From Ostreococcus lucimarinus (taxonomy: Eukaryota): 64,000 nucleotides of DNA. The notes beneath the pieces were generated by a model. The model did not search any database and was not told the origin of the DNA. It was given only the letters and a program-made list of their open reading frames with translations. This document shows, one piece after another, positions 58,001 through 64,000 of this stretch (position 1 is its first letter; every line of letters starts with the position of its first letter). The stretch lies in NCBI GenBank assembly GCA_000092065.1, contig CP000581.1. One strand, given 5' to 3'. The position numbers and the translations under genes were made by a program.

Positions 58001-60767
58001 CCGCGTCTATTGGTGAGACGCTCAAACCTTTCTTTGGATTCAACTGGCGCATCGGATACCATTCGGGTTCAGCCGACAACGCACCGACTTCGTAATTTGC
58101 AATGTCATCGTATCTATCTGGGAATTCAGAATCAAGACTGAACTTTGAATAGAAGGACAAAATAGATGACGCGATGACGCTAAAGTTATCGTCGCCACGC
58201 CGCTCGGCTTCCGCAGCGGCAGGATGAATCAAAGGCAACGAGAGCACAGATAACGGATCGTTGTCCATCATGAGCAATCCTTCGTCTCTGTCAAAAACCA
58301 TGACATTCAAGGATGGCGCCGCCCACCATGCAATTCCTTCAAACTCTTGCCCCACACCGCCGCCGCCGCCTTTACCGACGAACTTCTCTTTCTTCTTTTG
58401 AGGTTTTGTCGACGTTTCAGCCATCTCCACATCGTAATCGCGCGAATCAAAACTGGCATCGCTCGAGTTGCCATCATTTGCCGCGTTAATTTCCGCCATT
58501 CGAGACGGATCAAGTAGGACATCCTCGCTATCCTCATCCGAGTCGTCGCCGTCGGTGACAAGCGTACCATCAGGCAGACGTTTCTTGTCCTTAACTACGA
58601 GTGGAAGATCCACTTGAACGAATAACTCTCGGAACCAAGAAGGTGACGTCGTTGAATTCACCACATTCGTCTCCGCGATGTTGCGACCGACTCGGAGCAC
58701 CGCAAAAGGGTCGCTTGAACCGTGAGCGTCAGCGGCCGGTAAATCGCGCGCTTGATACAACTCCATCCGAAGCATGAATGGACGAGTTGGAAGAGGTTCA
58801 ACGAACTCTGATTCTAAATTTGCAGCGAGGCGCTCGCCACGAAGCTCTGCTTTGCGCTCCAAATCCCCGCGCCGATCGTCCATGGCTGCTTCAGCGTCGG
58901 AAGCCACGCTCTTGACGTCATCTTCGTCGACGTATGCTTCACCCGCCGCGTGCTTTCCAGCGCTTGATCCTCGAATCATGAGACGCAGAAGTACCTGCCC
59001 AATCGGTTTGACGTTTTCGGCGCGGCGACTATGAAACCACTTGTGATTGCTGAGTGCATCCGCTCTGAGAGGAAACCACCCTTGCACTTTCCAGCCGTAC
59101 GGGAATTCCGCGTTCGTCGGCGGCGCCCTCGGTCGCAACGTTTCGTTCACCGGCACGAGCTCGGTGACTGGGATGCGACAATAACCCACACGTCGAGAGC
59201 CGTTTCCACTCAAAATATTAACGTTCACAAAGACGTCTGGCGACCCTGTACCCGCGAGTGGTCCCTCGAAAGGCGTTGGAATCTTGACCAACAACGGCGC
59301 CAAGTTACACTGAACGTTGGCGTAGCACTCGGCGCTGAGCGATCCACCTTCGCCTCGAAGTATAACTGAGGGCGATGACGTGGATTCAAGCCCCATGCGG
59401 ACGTCGACGGATAACATTTTGCCCGTAGCTTTCGTTTGGAAGAGTTCCACGTTCATGATTTGCGAGTGAAGAAAACAACGCCACTCCTTGCCCATCTTCG
59501 CCAACACCGGAGGAATCGATTTCTTCGCCCGCGCGTGCTTGTTTCTTCGGTTCTCTGGCTCTAATGTGAACGATATCAACGTCCGACCGCGGTATGCTGC
59601 ACCGTCCACGTATCCCGCGTTCATTCTCTTGGCTAACTTTGACATGCGACTAAAAAACGCAACTTCCATGCCACGTAAACCGCCGTAGAAGCAGTACCAT
59701 TTCGGTTTTTCGTACGCCTTCGGGCGATCTAAGATATCCTTCAAACTAATTGCCGTCGAAGCGACGTGATCATCCGCGTCCATGACGTCTCTATCCATGA
59801 CGCTCATACGCAAGGGCGGCATCGCATCGATACCTTGCTCGCCGCCCGGCACTAAAAGTCGCAAGACAATCTCCTGGTTCCAATCCGGGTTCTTACTCGT
59901 GATCACTCGCGTCTTCGCCTCTTTCGCCGACCCACAGGATATCTTGAGATACGCATCCAAGCCTCCCGCGCCGAACCTATCCATCCTCGGAAACTCTCTA
60001 CCGCTGTACACGCACGCCTTTAGAATGTAAGCTTGCACATTCTTGCGAGTCATTTCCGCCTCGTCATGTTGCAACTTCTCCAACGCTTTTTTCTCAGCGC
60101 GTTTAACGCGCTTTGCGCGAGCTTTGGCGGTTTCAAACTGTCCGACTTCGACCATTTCCTCCTCGCCGTCGCTAAATTTCTCATCCAAGTGCAGCGGCGG
60201 AGAGTCGCCGTCTCGCAGCACCGTCACGCACAGGCACAACTCCCCTTGACTCCCCGATCGCCTCCCCGAGAAATCCGTCAACGTGTACCACTCGTTCCAA
60301 ATCTCGTGCGTCTTCGACAAGTACACCGCGGCGAGATTTATGTCCACGCTCCCGATCACCATGTCCTTGCCGATTCTCGACTTATCGCACACGTTCACCA
60401 CCACGTTACACGCCTCCAGCTCATCCTCTGCCACCTCGACTCGATCAAAATAAAACAACTGATTCCACAGCGGCGACGCCGTCTCCTTCTCGATCACCGT
60501 CCTTCGCTTCTGCGGTTCGAACCCCGCGCGCTGCAGCTTCACCTTGCCCACCACGTTCGGCAACCGATCGGCGTGCACCGTCTGCGTCTTCAGCCTAAAG
60601 CTCATCAGCGTCTGCAGCAGGCTGAACGCTTGTATCGCCTGCAGGTTTTTCGCCTCCACCAGGCGCACGGCGACGCTGTACGCGCCCGCGGGCGTCGTGT
60701 GTCGCGCGGGCGCTTGCAATTCCTGTCCATCGACGACCGACGCTTTGTCGCCCCACAGCCACCCCAT
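55089..60767 (-). CDS. Ferlin-like protein: multiple C2 domains and a C-terminal tail-anchor TM helix (1892 aa)
   Basis: Several C2 domains (e.g. LYQARDLPAADAHGSSDPFAVLRVG; VRVYVIRGRDLRTSDPTGLCDPYLIVNQRG...VDINVYDWEKRGKDILLG; VELRCVTFGARKVMNKDVGGKNDLFFKL). Single C-terminal TM ILIVGCCLLFIGMFAGLSVFIINDFIGAYVTIAV. The size and architecture fit ferlins rather than MCTPs or synaptotagmins. Confidence 0.7.
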   Translation of the reverse strand: MGWLWGDKASVVDGQELQAPARHTTPAGAYSVAVRLVEAKNLQAIQAFSLLQTLMSFRLKTQTVHADRLPNVVGKVKLQRAGFEPQKRRTVIEKETASPLWNQLFYFDRVEVAEDELEACNVVVNVCDKSRIGKDMVIGSVDINLAAVYLSKTHEIWNEWYTLTDFSGRRSGSQGELCLCVTVLRDGDSPPLHLDEKFSDGEEEMVEVGQFETAKARAKRVKRAEKKALEKLQHDEAEMTRKNVQAYILKACVYSGREFPRMDRFGAGGLDAYLKISCGSAKEAKTRVITSKNPDWNQEIVLRLLVPGGEQGIDAMPPLRMSVMDRDVMDADDHVASTAISLKDILDRPKAYEKPKWYCFYGGLRGMEVAFFSRMSKLAKRMNAGYVDGAAYRGRTLISFTLEPENRRNKHARAKKSIPPVLAKMGKEWRCFLHSQIMNVELFQTKATGKMLSVDVRMGLESTSSPSVILRGEGGSLSAECYANVQCNLAPLLVKIPTPFEGPLAGTGSPDVFVNVNILSGNGSRRVGYCRIPVTELVPVNETLRPRAPPTNAEFPYGWKVQGWFPLRADALSNHKWFHSRRAENVKPIGQVLLRLMIRGSSAGKHAAGEAYVDEDDVKSVASDAEAAMDDRRGDLERKAELRGERLAANLESEFVEPLPTRPFMLRMELYQARDLPAADAHGSSDPFAVLRVGRNIAETNVVNSTTSPSWFRELFVQVDLPLVVKDKKRLPDGTLVTDGDDSDEDSEDVLLDPSRMAEINAANDGNSSDASFDSRDYDVEMAETSTKPQKKKEKFVGKGGGGGVGQEFEGIAWWAAPSLNVMVFDRDEGLLMMDNDPLSVLSLPLIHPAAAEAERRGDDNFSVIASSILSFYSKFSLDSEFPDRYDDIANYEVGALSAEPEWYPMRQLNPKKGLSVSPIDAGGYILMFYELLPMPKEGIAAYAGVADSSFKALALMRLNSAVRPLEDHYGATAIAVELVVLGVRGLTPYRGTPVHRPCVEFELNGVTPLYFGSRAHLARTRQQMYPNGPNANFKGEILRLSGMMTRLNKVRLSLSIRVMDGRNSSTHIIATAEHALRVRDSEKVEEAEFVSKLKSVKIRKLTPDEIREKLMAEMSATVSESERTFGTNTTLYEDDSDTVTNEFSDADDDSELFGASVTFKNKSGSMKRSSTAINQSTSMLGSSKSKMSRLASSKSMQKGQKQGKKLTEPESAAGYHMIRSMDGKRKYIPLEDFSKERRKSKNQLMSIKEVERPDSSESDSDKTEISGTETEKSYASSESDSDDLGSSTSKDDNDDAESVEEESSDSDAEQQDAITFDDGTGKLPIWMEGRMILAGGLLEDELRPLQFMSIPVYHAKGFADNTSEKELAGVVKVAIRSVPLREDTSFVAENLLENKVNRKRALKEALNKKEKKRRLDRIHEEEMARWEPEEDFATMGKDEFLEVQRIAGGGDLASAPTEVTVRVYVIRGRDLRTSDPTGLCDPYLIVNQRGLKKRYGKREDRVERTLSPWFYKVFQFQTDVPGDSIVDINVYDWEKRGKDILLGTCSIDIEDRFFSPVWVQNLSETPPLEMRPLLLPDSDTPQGFLEMFVEIHEGHDAPPPAFPLQPPPVMEVELRCVTFGARKVMNKDVGGKNDLFFKLTLVGLDRTQTRFTEAQETDTHWFATDGRGSFNFRNIFRFELPIARGALRISAYDRDLFSANDAIGEVTIPLTGMCRQLMRAVDNSPDGELATEATVEFKSSFTDSLSTFNIFDGAAEGRWLKLYHPSKPNECQGEVEIMLSLMPVRKAEVRPVGAGRDAPNRDPELREPVRARLSLMDPLGSLSLILGPEMLRKILIVGCCLLFIGMFAGLSVFIINDFIGAYVTIAVNQQAKKFGLDTGGSPSAGPPPIGR

Positions 60768-61065
60768 GGCGCCGGGCGCGCGCGCGCGGCCGCCGACGCG
60801 CGCCGGGCGCGCGTTCGCGTCCTTCCGAGCGCGCGCGACCGCCGAGCGCGCGCGCGTCGCGGCGGCGCGTGCGGAAGATGACGCCGCGTCAAGCCTTTTT
60901 AGTGTTGGGTCGCGGGCGCGCCCGTCCGTGACGGAGCCCTTATATGGGCCAAAATGAGCTTAAATACGTGACGCGCGACCGACGTCACACATCGACGCGC
61001 GCCTCGACGCGCCGCGACGCCGCGCGACCGCGCGCGCGCGGAGCGACGCGAAGACGAGACGCGCG

Positions 61066-61839
61066 ATGTCCGTCCTCGCCCTCGACGTCGCGCGCGACGT
61101 CGCCGCGCCGCGGCGCGCGGAGATTTTAGAAACCCTGCGCGCGCTCGCGGACGGCGCCGACGCGACGACGCGCGAGATCGCGAGCGACGACGACGCGGAC
61201 GCGCTCGAGCGCGCGTCGTGCGACGCGTACTTCGCGCGCGCGCGCGACGCGAGCGAGGCGCGACGGGCGTGCGCGCGCGCGAGCGAAAAGCTGCGCGCGG
61301 GGGGGGCGCTGGGCGTCGTCGTCGACGACGAGCGCACGGCGACGGCGACGACGGAGGCGATGGTGCTGGCGGGATTCACGACGGTCACGCGCGAGGACGA
61401 TGGGGTGGTGCGATGCGTGAAACCGAACTGGGCGCGAGGGACGGCGTTCGCGCTGAAATCGCGAGCGGTGAGGGTGAACGCGACGGCGGCGGACGCGGCG
61501 GACGCGTGGGGCGCGAGCGCGGCGGCGGACGACGACGAGCTCATCGACGAGAGCGCGCTGCTCACGGAGCTGGACGTGAACACGGCGCCGGTGAAGTATG
61601 ATGATTGCGACGTCGGGGCGGGGAAGAAGGCGTGTAAGAATTGTACGTGCGGGCGCGCGGAGGCGGAAGCCGCGGAGGAGGCGACGACGGCGGCGAGCGA
61701 GGAAACCTTCGTGAGCGCGTGCGGGAACTGCGCGCTGGGCGACGCGTTCCGGTGCGCGGGGTGTCCGTACTTGGGCCAGCCCGCGTTTAAGGATCAACCC
61801 GGGACGAAAGTCGAGCTCGATCTCGGCGATGATTTGTAA
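61066..61839 (+). CDS. DRE2: Anamorsin (CIAPIN1/Dre2) Fe-S assembly protein
   Basis: C-terminal CIAPIN1 motifs [10 protein letters not shown]...[24 protein letters not shown]. Confidence 0.85.
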   Translation: MSVLALDVARDVAAPRRAEILETLRALADGADATTREIASDDDADALERASCDAYFARARDASEARRACARASEKLRAGGALGVVVDDERTATATTEAMVLAGFTTVTREDDGVVRCVKPNWARGTAFALKSRAVRVNATAADAADAWGASAAADDDELIDESALLTELDVNTAPVKYDDCDVGAGKKACKNCTCGRAEAEAAEEATTAASEETFVSACGNCALGDAFRCAGCPYLGQPAFKDQPGTKVELDLGDDL

Positions 61840-61916
61840 GACATTTTGTGACTCGTCTAAAATATCTCGCGCGGACGCGCGCCGCGGCGTCGCGACACTT
61901 CGGAACGCGCCGAGCC

Positions 61917-62705
61917 ATGCCCGCGCTCGGCGGACTCGCGCTCCAGCGCGCGCACGTGCGCGCGCCGACGCGTCGCGCGCGTCGATCGGGCCGCGCATCG
62001 CCGCGCGCGTCCGCGACCGCGCGCGATGTCGGCGCGAGTGCTGACGTCCCCGAAAACCATCGCGACGGTTCCAGCTCGAGGCGCGCGCTTCTCGCGTCCG
62101 CGCTCGTCGTCGTCGGCGCGTCGGCGATGGGCGAACCCGAGGCCGCGCGCGCGGAGGCGGCGCTGACGACGTACGAGGACGACAAGCTGAAATTCAAAGT
62201 GCAGTACCCGAGCGACTGGACGACGTCCACGGGCGAGACGCCGGCGAGCGAGGAAATCCTCGGTGGAGGCGCCCGTGACTTGTTCACGATCTCCCCTCCC
62301 GGTGCGAACGCGAGGGATGTGAACGTGACGATCGTCGCGACGCCGGCGGGGGCGGATTTCACGAAGATGGGCTCGCTCGGCGACGCGTACGGGTTCGGAT
62401 ACGGCTTGGTGGTGCCGTTGAACAAACCGCGGGCGAAGAAAGGACAAGAGGACAGGATTCAATTCGCCGAGTTGATCGATTCGGTAGGTAAGGGCGATTA
62501 CTACAAGGTTGAGTACAAGTTTGCCAAGCCGTCGACTGGAATTAACAGCATTTTCTTTGTTCTCGCCGGTCTCGGCTACGACGGACGAGTCAGTCACCTG
62601 TACACGGCCACCGCGCAGTATCCGCGCGCGGAGGAAGACAAGTGGCGCGCGCAAGTCGAGGCAATCATTGACTCTGTAGTGTATCCGCCGACTATTTACG
62701 GGTAA
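61917..62705 (+). CDS. PsbP-domain protein, thylakoid-lumen type (twin-arginine signal)
   Basis: ATG at 61917. R/A-rich transit region then RRALLASALVVVGASA (Tat RR + hydrophobic). PsbP fold region FKVQYPSDWTTS...DVNVTIVATPAG...YYKVEYKF...LYTATAQYPRAEEDKW. Confidence 0.75.
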   Translation: MPALGGLALQRAHVRAPTRRARRSGRASPRASATARDVGASADVPENHRDGSSSRRALLASALVVVGASAMGEPEAARAEAALTTYEDDKLKFKVQYPSDWTTSTGETPASEEILGGGARDLFTISPPGANARDVNVTIVATPAGADFTKMGSLGDAYGFGYGLVVPLNKPRAKKGQEDRIQFAELIDSVGKGDYYKVEYKFAKPSTGINSIFFVLAGLGYDGRVSHLYTATAQYPRAEEDKWRAQVEAIIDSVVYPPTIYG

Positions 62706-62772
62706 ATGGCGGAAGGAGTAAGCGGGCGTCCCTCATGGCCGGCGTCGCCCCTACGAGCGAGACGAGACCACG

Positions 62773-63468
62773 TTAGACCGCGGTATTTAATTGTTGTAAT
62801 CTCTGGGAGAGTAATCTGCGCATCAAACGTCGTTTCCCGCGTCGCCCGCGCGCGCTTCGTTTGACTGATCGTCTCACGGCCATACGCACGTAAGTTCTAT
62901 CACGCACCACGCGAGCGAGCTCGATGCCGCGACTGCACGTCTCGGTTTGCGCGTCGGTTTCGTTGACGTAGAGAATCAACGGTGACTCCTCGAGCAACTG
63001 CACCCCCACGGGCTGCAGCTCGATCTTGGACATCCCACTCCCGTCTGCATCGGTCCAGTTGTAAATGCTTCCATCGATGGTGACAAACAGACCGCGATAC
63101 CCGACGGAGACGTTGCCGTACGCGATGTATTGCCGAAGAATCTCTTGCACGTACGCCTTATTCTCGAGCACGGATTCCTCCCCCGTAAGTTCGAGGATGT
63201 CTTTCCAGTACTCGATTTCGTCTTCGAGATCGTCGTCAGAAGGCACGAAGAAGGTCAAATCGCCCGTGACTTCGTAGAAAAGGCCGCCAGGCACGACGAG
63301 CGCGTCGAGCTCACTGAACTTGGCCAACGTCGCAAAAAGAGAATCCTTGGAGGCGTCGCGCAGGGCGGAGCCGATGACGACGTTAACATCGGAGCAGTTT
63401 AGCGTGGCGTTTGAGGCGGCGATCGAGCCGGGAAAGATGGCGAGAAAGGCGAGGAAGATGAGGAACAT
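62773..63468 (-). CDS. Secreted protein with cleavable signal peptide, weak fasciclin (FAS1)-like similarity; C-terminal end doubtful
   Basis: MFLIFLAFLAIFPGSIAAS signal. LTFFVPSDDDL resembles the FAS1 TVFAPTNEAF motif. The last ~35 codons are R-rich, and a TGTAA (62795-62799, plus strand) lies inside them, so the true stop or a 3' intron may differ. Confidence 0.4.
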   Translation of the reverse strand: MFLIFLAFLAIFPGSIAASNATLNCSDVNVVIGSALRDASKDSLFATLAKFSELDALVVPGGLFYEVTGDLTFFVPSDDDLEDEIEYWKDILELTGEESVLENKAYVQEILRQYIAYGNVSVGYRGLFVTIDGSIYNWTDADGSGMSKIELQPVGVQLLEESPLILYVNETDAQTETCSRGIELARVVRDRTYVRMAVRRSVKRSARGRRGKRRLMRRLLSQRLQQLNTAV

Positions 63469-63581
63469 CGAGCGTGTGGAGAAATGAAGGCACTCTTCGA
63501 GATGAGACGAGACGAGACGCGGACGAGGACTGAATATTTCTAAAGTTTTAAATACACGTTCCCGCGATGCAATCGATTTAA

Positions 63582-64000
63582 TTAAGCCGCTTCTTTCATG
63601 ATTTGTTCGGCGACAACCTTGACGCCCATGAGCACGAGCGGAACGCCGTTACCCGGTCGCGTCGACGCGCCTACGAAATGCAAGCCGTCGACGACGGGCG
63701 AGTCAAGCTGCTTGATGCCCGTGCGCACCGGCGGTCGGAACGCGGCGAGCTGCAACAACCCGTGAGACAAACCAAAGACAGCGCCGTTCTTAATGTTGAA
63801 CTTGTCGCGCCATTCCGAGGGCACGGTGACGGATTCGTGCGCGATGATTTCTGTGAGGTCGCCGTGACCCGCTTCCTTGAAGCGTCGCAAGATGGCTTGT
63901 CGGCCAGCCTCGACGAGTTCGGTCTCACTCGGCACCGGAACGCCCCGTTTCTTGCAAATATTTTCTTGCTCTTTAATGTTCGCAATGGGGAGCAAAATCA
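63582..64000 (-). CDS. CrtI-family FAD-dependent oxidoreductase (phytoene desaturase / carotenoid isomerase-like), C-terminal part; gene continues beyond the window
   Basis: C-terminal LHFVGASTRPGNGVPLVLMGVKVVAEQI is the conserved CrtI-family C-terminal FAD-binding motif. The ORF is open to the window edge. Confidence 0.6.
   Translation of the reverse strand, partial: ILLPIANIKEQENICKKRGVPVPSETELVEAGRQAILRRFKEAGHGDLTEIIAHESVTVPSEWRDKFNIKNGAVFGLSHGLLQLAAFRPPVRTGIKQLDSPVVDGLHFVGASTRPGNGVPLVLMGVKVVAEQIMKEAA

Noticed and set aside
60033-62654. ORFs 60033..60881 +, 61126..61998 -, 61857..62654 - overlapping the ferlin start, anamorsin and the PsbP-like gene
   Set aside because: Out-of-frame or antisense low-complexity translations. 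The genes on the called strands have specific motifs (C2 domains; CIAPIN1 Cys clusters; Tat signal + PsbP fold).

Overview
This window reads as gene-dense eukaryotic nuclear DNA, not prokaryotic DNA. GC content is very high (roughly 65-68% by eye). It carries about 40 protein-coding genes on both strands, roughly one per 1.6 kb. Most are single long exons with a few short GT-AG introns. Intergenic spacers are tiny. Head-to-head spacers are GC-rich (CGCG-rich bidirectional promoters); tail-to-tail spacers are short and AT-richer. Gene content is typically eukaryotic: exportin CSE1, CHD remodeler, ATG8, RBM42, CstF-64, PRP4 kinase, COG8, MFAP1, NAA15, CHMP1, WDR83/MORG1, anamorsin, a ferlin, DNAJB12-like, Mpv17 and a papain-like protease. 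There are also nuclear genes for plastid functions: Mg-chelatase ChlI, histidinol dehydrogenase with a presequence, a PsbP-domain protein with a twin-arginine signal, an FtsHi-like AAA protein, DUF177 and a bacterial-type SpoU/TrmJ methyltransferase. Together with TGTAA motifs just downstream of several stop codons, this suggests a green alga of the Mamiellophyceae (Micromonas-like). That assignment is inference only. I found no rRNA gene, CRISPR array, prophage or clear transposon, and I did not identify any tRNA by eye. Most hand-computed boundaries are +/-1-3 nt. Many N-terminal starts are uncertain because the supplied ORF track also uses GTG/TTG/CTG starts and GC-rich antisense frames stay open for hundreds of codons. 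The most interesting items are: (1) a 3.5 kb single ORF fusing a class-V aminotransferase (cysteine-desulfurase-like) domain to a TtcA-type PP-loop tRNA thiolase; (2) a convergent pair of paralogous 12-cysteine surface-protein genes with no recognisable domain; (3) a CHD remodeler with an N-terminal CUE-like domain; (4) a membrane-anchored papain protease with a duplicated I29 propeptide; (5) three unusually GC-rich introns inferred in ATG8, COG8 and CHMP1.
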